Positions 11,751 to 23,370 of a stretch of DNA of 64,000 bases are shown piece after piece. This stretch comes from Isurus oxyrinchus. Taxonomy: Eukaryota. The notes beneath the pieces were generated by a model, which was not told the origin of the DNA, did not search any database, and saw nothing but the letters and a program-made list of their open reading frames with translations. Where the stretch lies: NCBI GenBank assembly GCA_026770705.1, contig JANJGN010000557.1, positions 186,001 through 250,000 on the forward strand, in the 5' to 3' direction. Each line of letters begins with the position of its first letter. The stretch's first letter is position 1. The position numbers were made by a program, and so were the translations under genes.

Positions 11751-13469
11751 GGTAATTTCTCAATTACGCCTGGTGGTTAACCAGCCTCTCGGTGTATGAT
11801 GTAGGCCTGGTTATAAACAGGTAGAAGGATCAAATATCAAAAGTGCTTTGGCTGACAGTCAAACCGATTGTGCATTCGGAGAGATTAGATACGGTCTGCA
11901 CACATTGACTCCAGTCTCTGGCACTGACTGCCGCCTGGGGTCTCCCTTCCACATAACACTCACAACTTGCATTTACACAGCGCCTCTGACATTGCAAAAT
12001 GTCCCAGCCCACATTACCGGAGCGTAAATCAGAGAGAAGTCTAACACTGAGTCACATATGGAGATATTAGGGATAGGTGACCAAAAGCTTGGTCAAAGAT
12101 GTCAGTTTTTAAGGAACGTCTTAAAGGAGAGAGAGAGAGAAAGAGAGAGAGGCAGAGAGGTTAAGGGAGGGTATTCCGGAGCTCAGGGCCCCAGGCAGCT
12201 GAAGGCACGGCCACCAATGGTGGAGCGATGGGAATCAGGGGGACCCGGGAGATGCAGTAATGTCAGAGATTTTGGAGGAACATCGGGACCGGAGGAGGTG
12301 TTCTCCTGCTCCATATCTCTCTCTCTCTTCCTCTCATCCACTCCTCCTCTCCCTGTCTCTCTCTCTCCTACTCTTCCTCTCAATTGCCCTCTCTCCCAAT
12401 CTTTCTCTCCTCTCTCCCTTTTCCTGTCTCTCCCCCTCTCTCTCTCCCCTGTCTCATTCTCCCACTCTGTATCTCTCCCTCTCTCACACTATTTTTGTAC
12501 CTTTCGCTCACTCTGTAACTCTCCCTTTCCTGTTAATTTCTCTCTCTTGGACAATCTCTCTTCTCTTTTCACTTTCCCTCACTCTGCATCTCTTTAATTT
12601 CTCCCTCTGTCACTCTCTCCCACCTATGTTCTTTCCCTTTCACCCCTCCCCGTCCCACTCTCTGTCTCTCTCTTCCAATCCCTCCCTCCCCCATTCCATC
12701 TCTCTCTCCGACTCTCGACTCCCAGCCTCTCTTTAACCCACTCCCAGGCTGGATCAGTCTCCCTCTCACTATTCCCGGCGTGGGTTACATTTAAAATTCC
12801 TGTGGGGATATGTTCACTTCCTTGGAATTGCCTCTTCCCAGCTTTGCAAAAAAGTTGGGGGGGGGGGGGGCTCGATTTCAAACATGCCTCCTGAGTATAA
12901 CCGAGACAGACTGCCACTGAAATCAGCTTGAAATCAGAAAACTTTCTGTGGAAGAAACGAGCAGGGAGAAACCTTAAAATAAGGAATGAATTTCCACCTA
13001 CCGTGTCCGGGGAATCCACAGATTTCTCAATCGTCGAAGAACCTAAAGCAGTGTCAACCTGCAAAAAGAAAGAATTTATCAGGGAGAAAGTGAGAGGAGG
13101 ATTGAGGGAGAGGGAGAGAGAGAGAGAGAGGTACAGGAGAGAGAGGGGGAGGAGGACAGACTTGCATTTCTCTAACGCCTTTCACCACATCCCAAAGCAT
13201 TTCACAGCCACTGAAGGATGTTTTTGAAGTGCACTCACACTGTAGGAAATGTGGCAGCTGATTTGTGCACAGCAAGATCCCACAAATAGCAATGTGATCA
13301 TGGCCTAGATCATCTGTTTTTGGTGATGTTGGGTGAGGGATAAATATTGGTCCCAGGACACCGGGGAGAACACCCCCTGCTCTTCCTCCAAATAGTGGCT
13401 GTGGGATCTTTCACACCCGCCCGAGAGGGCAGACGGGGGACTCGGTTTAATGTCTCATTCAACATTGTT

Positions 13470-13715
13470 GTGCTCCCTCAGTACTAACCCTTTGACACTG
13501 CAGCACTCCCTTAGTATTAACCCTTCGATAGTGCTGCGCTCCCTCAGTATTGTCCCTCCGACAGTGCAACACTTCCACAGTACTGACCCTGTAACAATGC
13601 AGCACTTCCTCAGTACTGACCTCCGACAGTATAGCACTCACTCAGTACTGTCCCTCCAATAGTGCAACACTTCCACACTACTGACCCTCTGACAGTGCAG
13701 CACTCCCTCAGCACG
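13470..13715. repeat. 33-bp minisatellite (degenerate)
   Basis: Same unit family. Confidence 0.8.
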
Positions 13716-13789
13716 GAGTGTTGACCGACGTTATGGGACTGAATTCCCTGGAGTGAGACTCAGACCAGAGATTTAGGTAGGGTTGTTCT

Positions 13790-14890
13790 GGCTGGAGGAG
13801 GTTACAGAGATAGGGAGGGTTGTAGAGGCTGTAGGAGATAACAGAGATAGGGAGGGTTCTAGAGGCTGCAGGAGGTTACAGAGATAGGGAGGGTTGTAGG
13901 GGCTGTAGGAGGTTACAGAGATAGGGAGGTGAGTAGGGGCTGTAGGAGGTTAAAGAGATGGGGGGGTTGTGGGGGCTGGAGGAGGTTACAGAGGTAGGGA
14001 GGGTTGTAGAGGCTGGAGGAGGTTACCAAAATAGATACTGTTGTAGGGGCCACAGTAGGTTACAGAGATAGGGAGAGTTATAGTGTGGAGAGGACGTTAT
14101 AGAGTTCATGAGCATTGTAGGGGCTGGAGGAGGTTACAGTGATTCTGAGGGTCGTGGGGCCTGGAGGAGGTTACAGAGATAGGGAGGGTTGTAGGGTCTG
14201 GAGGAGGTTACAGAGATAGGGAGGGTTGTAGGGTCTGGAGCAGGTTACAGAGATAGGGAGGGTTGTAGGGTCTAGAGGAGGTTACAGTGATCATGAGGGT
14301 TGTGGGGCCTGGGGGAGGTTACAGAGATAGGTAGGGTTGTAGGTGCTGGAGGAGGTTACAGAGATAGGGAGGGTTGTAGGATCTGGAGGAGGTTACAGTG
14401 ATCGTGAGGGTTGTGGGGCCTGGGGGAGGTTACAGAGATAGGGAGTGTTGTGGGGACTGTAGGAGGTTACATAGATAGGGAGGGTTGTCGGGTCTGGAGG
14501 AGGTTACAGAGATAGGGAGGGTTATAGGGACTGGAGGAGGTTACAGAGATAGGGAGGGTTGTAGAGACTGTAGGATGTTACAGAGATAGGGATTGTTGTA
14601 GGGGCTGGAGGATGTTACAGAGATAGGGAGGGTTGTAGGGGCTGGAGGAGGTTACAGGGATAGGGAGTGTTGTAGGGGCTGGAGGAGGTTACAGAGATAG
14701 GGAGGGTTGTACGGGCTGGAGGAGGTTACAGAGATAGGGAGGGTTGTAGGGGCTGGAGGAAGTTACAGAGATAGGGAGGGTTGTAGGGGCTGGAGGAGGT
14801 TACAGAGATAGGGAGGGGTGTAGGGGCTGGAGGAGTTTACAGAGATAGGGAGGGTTGTACGGGCTGGAGGAGGTTACAGAGATAGGGAGT
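13790..14890. repeat. 32-bp G-rich minisatellite (GGAGGTTACAGAGATAGGGAGGGTTGTAGGGGCT)
   Basis: More than 30 tandem units visible. Confidence 0.93.
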
Positions 14891-16059
14891 GGCTGAGGAG
14901 GGATTGAAAACAAGAATGAGAATTTCAGGGGAAACGACAGAAGGAAATGATGTTAAATTCATAGAGGGCGACAATATTAAAGGCACGAACATAATATCAA
15001 ACTGCGGAAGAGACCAGTCTATCTGGGTGGTAGACGTAGAGTCATGTGCAAGAAACACCTCACCCAGAGGGACATCTCTTAGCTTAACCTCGACAAGGAG
15101 AAGAAGTGACTCAGCTGCAGGGAGAGCAGCAAAGTCAGAGTGAACAAGACAAGTCGCCATTTCATCTGGGAGCTTCCCATCTCTGCCTGTCTCTTCTGAT
15201 CTTCTGGCTCTGCTTTGATGCTTTGGTTTGTAACTAGAGGAGCTTCCTGCTCTTATACCTGAAACACTTGAAGGGGACAGCCGCGGGTGGGTAGCTGTGT
15301 GGTATCACACCCATTTCTGGATATTGCAGTGTCGATGTTCCCTGTCCCACTGGCCTGGGACCAGCAGTAAGGTCACTGGGACATTGACTGTCTGGCGCCG
15401 AGAACTATCAGTCCCTCCGCAACGCCCTTCACCTTGTGCAAATATGTGTTCATATTGACGCAACACAACATAGCAAAAACATAGGGGCTGGTTCTTATGT
15501 CGGCAAATCAGGTGAAGCGCACGCCCCCTAACCCTTTACTCCTCTCATTGCTCCTCCTTCCTGCCAGACACTTACTATTTTACAAATTGTGTGCGTTGCT
15601 TTTATTTCGGACAAGGGGCCTCGAGGGGGAACTGATTTACGCTGAGGTTTAGGGGTTAACAGCCATGTCATGTGTTAATCGGTCAGTGTTTACCATGTGG
15701 AGACTGTCTGTCACCAGCTTTGTTAATGGTTTATCCAGGAACATTGAAGGGCATGAACGTTCTTGCTTTGTATGGAACAAGTTACCAACTGGGTTCAGTC
15801 ATCGACTCAGACTCACATCAACATAAAATGGCTTCTGACAGGTAAGTTTCTATTACATAAGGGTAGGAGGAGGCCATTTGGCCCCTCGAGCCTGCTCCAC
15901 CATTCAATGAGATCATGGCTGATCTGCAAACTAGCCCCATATGCCTTTGTCCCATCTCCTTTAATACCTTTGGATAACAAAAATCTATCAGTCTCACAGG
16001 TTTAAAATGAACAACTTGATCGTGCATCAGTTCCTGTTTGGGGAAGAGAGTTCCAAATT

Positions 16060-16460
16060 TCTCCCACCCTTTGTACTTCCTAATTTAATTCCTTTTTAGG
16101 CTCTGACCCCGAGTCCCAGACTCCCCCCAACCAGGGGAAATGGTTTCTCTTTATTGCCCCCAATCTGTTCCCCTTATTATCATGCGAGCTTTCATCAAAT
16201 CTCCTGCTTAACATTCTAACTTCCAGGGAATACAAGCCGAGTTTGTGTTTAATCTCTCCTTGTGATTTAACCCTTGGAGTCCCGGTCTCATTCTGGTAAA
16301 CTGACACTGCTCTCCCTCCGAGGTCAATATATCCTTCCTAAGGTGTGGGGCCCAGAATGTCTCACAGTGACTCCAGGTGTGGTCTAGCCAGGGCTTTATG
16401 TAGACTGAAGCATGACCTCTGCCCCCTTATATTCTAATCCGTGAGATAGAAAGGGCAGAG
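16060..16460 (-). mobile_element. Degenerate CR1-type LINE 3' fragment
   Basis: KLGLYSLEVRML and GLEYKGAEVMLQ motifs; similar to 4088-4423. Confidence 0.65.
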
Positions 16461-17059
16461 TTCCAGAATTGTTGTGTTTATTCGACAACAGAATAACAGA
16501 GGAAGGTTTCCTCTCTGCCCTCTTCAGCCCCACTGGGAAGGTCAGGATGAGAAGGTTGGGCTGGGTCCCCTGTACTGGACACTCGCTGAATCTTCCAATG
16601 ATAGTTCTGGGCTGGATTTCAAAACGCATAGACCAGGATTCAGTGTTCCATCACATTCTGCCTTTGTCTCTTTTCCTCTCGTTCTCTTTCTCTACCATCC
16701 TCTCTCTCTATCTATCTATCTTTCTCCTCATTCTCTCCTGCTTCATCTCTATCACTTTCTTTCTACTTCTTTGTGTGTCTCTGTCTGTCACTCTCTCTCA
16801 CTCTTTCTTTCCTTGTCCTTATCTCTTTCAGTGTCTCCCTCTTTCTCTCTCTCTCTCTCTCTCTAAATGTGACCCTCTCTAACAGTTTGGCCCAGTACTC
16901 TTATTTCCCTGTTTTACTGGTGTTCCATTTGAAGGTATACAAGACCAGATCAGACCAGAATGTTTATTTTCCAGTGTTTACTGTGTTTTTTTCATTCTGG
17001 GTGTCTCTCGACTCTGTCTGTCCCTCTCTGTCCTTTTATTTCATTCTTTCATGTGATGT

Positions 17060-17370
17060 GGACATCACTGCCTAGGCCAGCATTTATTGCCCAACCCTAA
17101 TTGCCCTTGTTCAGAGGCCACTTTTTAAAAGTGAACCACATTGCTGTGGGTCTGGAGTCACATGTAGGCCAGACCAGGTAAGGACAGCAGATTTCCCTCC
17201 CTAAAGGGCATTTGTGACCCAAATACAAGAATCAGCAATGGTTTCCTGGTCATCATCGGACTTTTAATTCCAGGTTTTTATTGAATTGAAATTCCACCAA
17301 CTGCTGTGGTGGGATTCTAACCAGGGTCCCAGGAGCATTACACTGGGTCTCTGGATTACTGGTCCAGCGA
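17060..17370 (-). mobile_element. tRNA-derived SINE
   Basis: CCACATTGCTGTGGGTCTGGAGTCACATGTAGGCCAGACC core recurs at about 9150-9200 (reverse), 49450 and 51015; head is reverse-complementary to 6700-6830. Confidence 0.6.
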
Positions 17371-17544
17371 AAATACCATCAGGCCAACACCTCCCCACTC
17401 TTCCCTTCCACCATCTTTCACACTTGTTCTGTTTCTCTCTCACTCTCCTTCTCTCTTCCCCCTCTCTCAGTCTCTGTCTGTCTCTCAATCTCTCTATCGC
17501 TCTCTCTCTCCCTGTCGCTCTCTCTCTGACTGTCTCCCTCCCTA

Positions 17545-18085
17545 TATCTGTAACCTCCTCTCTCTGTCCCTTTCCTCCAGCCCCTACAACCCTCCCTATC
17601 TCTGTAACCTCCACCTGCCCCTACAATCCTCCCCATCTCTGTAACCTCCTCCACCTCCCACAACCCTCCCTATATCTGTAACCTCCTCCACAAGCCCATA
17701 CAATCCTCCCTATCCCTGTAACAACCTCCAGCCCGACAACACCCCTATACATGTCACCTCCTCTAGCCACTGTAACCCTAATAATCTCCCAAGCCTCCAC
17801 CAGCCTTGACAATCCTGCCCATCTCCGTAACATCCTCCAACCACCACAACCCTCCCTATTTCTGTAATCTCTTCCAGTCCCTACAACCCTCCCTATCTCT
17901 ACAACCTGCTCCACCCCCTGCAACTCGCCCTATCTCTGTGTCATCCTCCAGCCCCTACAACCCTCCCTATAACTGTAACCTCCTCCAGCCCCTACAACCC
18001 TCCCTATCTCTGGAACAGCTTCCAGCACCTACAACCCTCCCTATCTCTGTAACCTCCTCCAGCCCCTGTAACCCTCCCCATCTCT
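17545..18085. repeat. 32-bp minisatellite, opposite orientation to 13790-14890
   Basis: CTCCAGCCCCTACAACCCTCCCTATCTCTGTAACCTC units. Confidence 0.88.
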
Positions 18086-18469
18086 TGAAGGGTTCTCAAA
18101 ATTTCCAACTGTCAAGGAACCCTGGGTTGGTGAGCGTGACCCCTGACCTCTCCTAGTGCAATTTAGTTAGGGTTTGGGGGTGGGACAAGGGTAAGGGCAT
18201 TAGTAGCGTGATTCTCCCTCGTTATGCCGTGTGTTCCCCATTCTTAACTCAGTGTACTTTGTAAGTCTGTATAATCTCAGTGTCATCCTAATGTTAGAAG
18301 TTCATTTGTGACTTCAGTAAACTCAGTTTTTGTCTTGCACCAAAACCAGTTGTCTGCTGCACTTTGTGACAAGCCCCGAATAAGTCCAAGGTCTAGAACC
18401 CAGGGAGTGGGAGTGATTCAGACGGCTCAGAAGTCGCAGGTGAAGCTGACACACATCACCACACCCTAC

Positions 18470-18705
18470 AAGGGGCTGAATGGCCTCCTCCTGTTCCTGT
18501 ATAACGGACATAAGTGGCAGAATGGCCTCCTCCTGTTTCTGTGTAACAGTCTTGAGGGGGCTGAATGGCCTCCTCCTGTTCCTGTGTAACAGTCTCGAGG
18601 GGGCTGAATGGGCCTCTTCCTGTTCCTGTGTAACAGGCTTGAGGGGGCTGAATGGCCTCCTCCTGTTCCTGTGTAACAGGCTCAAGGGGCTGAATGGCCT
18701 CCTTC
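18470..18705. repeat. About 37-bp tandem repeat (GGGCTGAATGGCCTCCTCCTGTTCCTGTGTAACA)
   Basis: Six to seven copies visible. Confidence 0.85.
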
Positions 18706-18734
18706 TGCACTGTAAACTTGTTGTGATACTGTAA

Positions 18735-18940
18735 CTGCCTCTTTGGTTTCATTCAGCTGAATCTTCAGCTCTTCAGTCTCTTCCTTGTATCTCTTGCCTT
18801 CCTCCTGGAACATTGGACATGGTTGGGTCTTCCCTGCCAACTGTTTCTTCAGTTTGCTCAGAGCGGCACAGAATTCGCTTTCTTTCTCTTCAGGATTTTC
18901 CAGTGGAACCAACTCTGACCTGAGGGACACTTGCAGCCTG
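18735..18940 (-). pseudogene. Coiled-coil host-gene fragment resembling UACA/RAI14-family proteins
   Basis: LQVSLRSELVPLENPEEKESEFCAALSKLKKQLAGKTQPCPMFQEEGKRYKEETEELKIQL resembles, from memory, the UACA C-terminal coiled coil. Not verified by search. Confidence 0.45.
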
Positions 18941-18944
18941 TGAG

Positions 18945-19648
18945 GATGCTTCAATTCTTCAAACTCATTCCGAGATACACTCTCATATTCCCCCAGCAAC
19001 TCAGCAACTCCTCCAGTGAAACATTTCAGAGCAGCTGAGCTTGGTTTTCTGGAACCAGTCTCGGCCCAGAAGACTAGGGCCCTCACCTGTCGCTATGATC
19101 ACTGGAAGCTGGGCTGTCTGCTGCCTGTAGGACACAGGTACTGGGATGAGGTCCTTTCCCTGTATGGATTCTCCAGTGTGTGTCTTCAGCTGATCCATTG
19201 TTGGCTCTAAATTCAGCGTCTGGGTTCCTTCATTTAGCTGTTTAAATGTGGGCTCTTCCACCACTGTGTCTGAGGCTCCCGTATCTGCCCCATTACTAGT
19301 GGCTGCCCATTCACTTGGGTTGTGATGGTTATAGGTTCAGTTTTTACCACTGTGACATTGGACAGGGAATAGACATCGGTATCAGCAGCTTCAGGCTCTG
19401 TGATATTATTCACTTCCATCATGTTGGTGCACTGCCTGATGGGCTGTCTCAATTTCACCCTGCATTGCTTTATTACCCGCCCCTTTCTTGTGGCAGTGAT
19501 GGCATTCTGCTCCCTTGAACCTGCAGGTGTCCGGTACGTGCTCACTCCCCCCCACATCGAGAACAGGCCAACTTCGGAGTTGCTGCTGAAATACTCCCAC
19601 GAAGCCTTTTAGTTTCTGGAGCGGCAGAGACTGTCTCTCGCTTGGCGG

Positions 19649-19683
<35 letters not shown>

Positions 19684-20092
19684 GTTTAAGCCTCACGCCC
19701 GGTGGTTGTTTCCTGTCCCAGCTGAGGACTGGCGCCATGTTGTACATCCTGTAAATCCCGCCAGTCTCTCCCAGCACTTTCCATGCCTGGCGCTATTTCC
19801 ATGGTGCGCTTCAAATCGATGTCGGCTTCTGCGAGTAAACGGCTCTGAATGGCGTTGGGGTGAACGACACAAACCAATCGGCCCCGCAACATGTCATTGA
19901 GTGTGTCTCCGAGGTCCCAGTGCTCAGTCACCTGCTTCCACTTCACTGTATAGGTTGCGATTGACTCACCCGGGGCCCTTACTCTGGAGTTAAACTTAAA
20001 CCTTTTCATTATTACCCACGGCATCAGCTGAAAACACATCTTCATGAGGTCGACTAATTGGTGAAAAGATTTAGAATTGGGTGCAATGCACG
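18945..20092 (-). mobile_element. Gypsy-type LTR retrotransposon gag-protease fragment (degenerate)
   Basis: Gag motif RFKFNSRVRAPGESIATY...LNDMLRGRLVC...IQSRLLAE, Zn knuckle CRFKGAECHHCHKKG, frameshifted DTGAS protease motif, and PSLLGRDW. Confidence 0.87.
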
Positions 20093-20357
20093 TCACTGTC
20101 TTCAGCTCTGAGACTGTCAATCCTCACCAAACAATTCTTCCCTTCCAAGTCGCCGATTATTTTAGCACGTACCACGAATGTGGGATCTTTGGTGTATGTG
20201 ATGGTATATTTCCATCTATACCAATATTTATACCAAGCTCCGTGCAGTGCTGTGTAAGAGTGGGAAGGAAAGTCAAAGCTACACGGAATAACCACACAAG
20301 AGCTGCTGATGGCCCTCCGAGGCAGCGCCTTCATAGACCATCCCTCTGACGTCACTC
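20093..20357 (-). pseudogene. 3'-truncated Siglec/MAG-like V-set exon (gene D)
   Basis: Acceptor tttcag, phase 1. GVTSEGWSMKALPRRAISSSCVVIPCSFDFP...GAWYK...RAKIIGDLEGKNCLVRIDSLRAEDSD shows the Siglec CxxxPC...C pattern. Ends before the F-strand Arg, at the Gypsy junction. Confidence 0.8.
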
Positions 20358-20404
20358 CTGAAAGGCAACAAGGGAGGGGACTGAACATCAAAAAGCAGAA
20401 TATT

Positions 20405-20800
20405 ACTTCAATGGAGAGAAGTATGCGGTACAGAGGGATCTGGGTGTCCTTGTACATGAATCACAGAAAGTTAGCATTCAGGAACAGCACGGAATGAGGA
20501 AGGCAAGTGGAATGTTGGCCTTTATTGCAAAGGGATGGAGTATAAAAGGAGGGGAGTCTTGCTACAACTGTACAGGGCGTTGGTGAGATTGTATCAGGAG
20601 CAGTGTGTACAGTTCTGGTCTCCTTACTTAGGGAGGGATAGACTCTGCATTGGAGGCAGCTCAGAGGAGGATCACTGGGCTGATTCCTGGGATGAAGGGG
20701 GTTTGTCTTATGAGGAAATGTTGAGCAGGTTGGGCCCTGTATCCATTGGAGTTTAGAAGAATGAGAGGTGATCTTATTGAAACATATAAGATTCTGAGGT
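20405..20800 (+). mobile_element. CR1-type LINE fragment
   Basis: MEYKRRGVLLQLYRALVRL...CVQFWSPYL...RMRGDLIETYKIL. Confidence 0.82.
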
Positions 20801-21171
20801 GGTGGGGGGTTTGACAGGGTGGATGCTGAGGGGATGTTACCCCTTGTGGGGGAATCCTGTGAAGCAATAAGGATGTTTTACTGCATTAAAGGTGCTATAT
20901 AAATGCACTGTCATTCCTATTGAAACAAGCTCTCTGATGCACAAACAGAAAATGCTGGAAAAACTCAGCAGGTCTGACAGCATCTGTGGAGAGAGAAACA
21001 GAGTTGGTGTTTCGAGTCCGTATGAGGCTTTTGCTTTTGCTATATTCTCTGACTCGCTATTCACTCACTCTCTGTGTGATCACTAACCCTGTTCTCTAAA
21101 ATTAAATGTTCACTTCCTCACTCCAGGAAAGAATCCAATTCCCTGATTTCCGATCAGTAATGAATTTGTAC

Positions 21172-21217
21172 CTTGCAGCAAGCTGATGAAGATCAATATC
21201 AGACCGACCTCTCCCAT
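21172..21217 (-). pseudogene. Signal-peptide (leader) exon of gene D
   Basis: ATG...MGEVGLILIFISLLQ G|gtacaa; 46 nt, phase 1 matching the V exon; same SLLQG ending as the gene A and C leaders. Confidence 0.8.
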
Positions 21218-21479
21218 CTTCAGTTCCTCATCTAAATGGAAATGATAAAGACAGAGACTTTTTCAGAAATTGTCCCCAGTGTTTCTTCCTCAAACAACAA
21301 CTTGTGGTTAAATGGCACCTTTCAGTGAGTTAAACAGCCCCAGGGAATAAACTAATGTCAAGACAAGGAAGGAGAGATTGAGAAGGGACATCGCAAACCG
21401 ATTCACCAAACACGGCAAAAATTCATTGTTCCCTCACTCCCTCTGCTGGGTGTCCAGCTTTTTCTCTCAGTGAGTTTAG

Positions 21480-23370
21480 TCCTCACAATATCTATCTATC
21501 GCACTCTTCTGCTCTATCTCGCTCTCTCACACACACACATTCTCTCTCTAACACTCACAATCTCTCTCTATCGCACTCTTCTGCTCTATCTCTCTCTCTC
21601 TCACACACACATTCTCTCTCTAACACTCACAATCTCTCTCTATCACACTCTTCTGCTCTCTCTCTCTCTCTCACACACACATTCTCTCTCTAACACTCAC
21701 AGTCTCTCTCTATCGCACTCTTCTGCTCTCTCTCTCTCTCTCACACACACATTCTCTCTCTAACACTCACAATCTCTCTCTATCACACTCTTCTGCTCTA
21801 TCTCTCTCTCTCTCACATACACACGTTCTCTCTCTAACACTCACAATCTCTCTCTATCACACTCTTCTGCTCTATCTCTCTCTCTCTCTCACACACACAC
21901 ATTCTCTCTCCAACACTCACAATCTCTCTCTATCACACTCTTCTGCTCTGTCTCTCTCTCTCACACACACACATTCTCTCTCTAACACTCACAATCTCTA
22001 TCACACTCTTCTGCTCTATCTCTCTCTCTCTCACTCACACTTTCTCTCTCTAACATTCACAATCTCTCTCTATCACACTCTTCTGCTCTATCTCTCTCTC
22101 TCTCATCACACTTTCTCTCTCTAACATTCACAATCTCTCTCTATCACACTCTTCTGCTCTCTCTCTCTCTCTCACACACACATTCTCTCTCTAACACTCA
22201 CAATCTCTCTCTATCGCACTCTTCTGCTCTATCTCTCTCTCACACACACACACATTCTCTCTCTAACACTCACAATCTCTCTCTATCACACTCTTCTGCT
22301 CTATCTCTCTCTCTCTCTCACACACACATTCTCTCTCCAACACTCACAATCTCTCTCTATCACACTCTTCTGCTCTATCTCTCTCTCTCACACACACATT
22401 CTCTCTCTAACACTCACAATCTCTCTCTATCGCACTCTTCTGCTCTATCTCTCTCTCACACACACACACATTCTCTCTCTAACACTCACAATCTCTCTCT
22501 ATCGCACTCTTCTGCTCTATCTCTCTCTCTCTCAGACACACACATTCTCTCTCTAACATTCACAATCTCTCTCTATCACACTCTTCTGCTCTAACTCTCT
22601 CTCTCACACACACACATTCTCTCTCTAACACTCACAATCTCTCTCTATCACACTCTTCTGCTCTATCTCTCTCTCTCACACACACACATTCTCTCTCTAA
22701 CAAATCTCTCTCTATCACACTCTTCTGCTCTGTCTCTGTCTCTAACAAATCTCTCTCTATCACACTCTTCTGCTCTGTCTCTGTCTCTCTCAAACACACA
22801 CATTCTCTCTCTAACACTCACAATCTCTCTCTATCGCACTCTTCTGCTCTATCTCTCTCTCTCTCTCTCACACACATTCTCTCTCTAACACTCACAATCT
22901 CTCTCTATCGCACTCTTCTGCTCTATCTCTCTCTCTCTCACACACACATTCTCTCTGTCTCCCTCCCTCAAATACATTCTCTCTCTCTCTCAGACACAAA
23001 CACTCTCTCACACACTCACACACTTTCCCTAAAACTAACACAATCTCTCTTTCTGTCAAGCACACACTCTCTCTCACACACACACACTCTCTCTCTCAGA
23101 CACACACATTCTCTCTCTCTCAAACATTTAACATTTCTCTTCATCTCGATCTTCTGCTGTCTCTCTCTTTCTCTCCCTCGCACACACACACACTCTCTGT
23201 CACAAACACACGCTCTCTCCCACACACTCTCTCTCACACACTCTCACATGCACACTCTCTCCCTCATATACAAACACTCTCCCTCACACATGCACACACT
23301 CTCTCTATCTCTTTTTCTCTCTCACACAGTCTCTCTGTCTCTCTCTGTCTCTCAGACACTCTCTCTCTCT
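21480..23370. repeat. CT/CA-rich tandem repeat (about 60-bp unit) grading into low-complexity sequence
   Basis: CTCTCTCTAACACTCACAATCTCTCTCTATCACACTCTTCTGCTCTAT repeated more than 20 times. Confidence 0.92.

Noticed and set aside
14837-15160. ORF MATCLVHSDFAALPAAES...
   Set aside because: No recognisable domain, and it runs into satellite; probably a decayed repeat.
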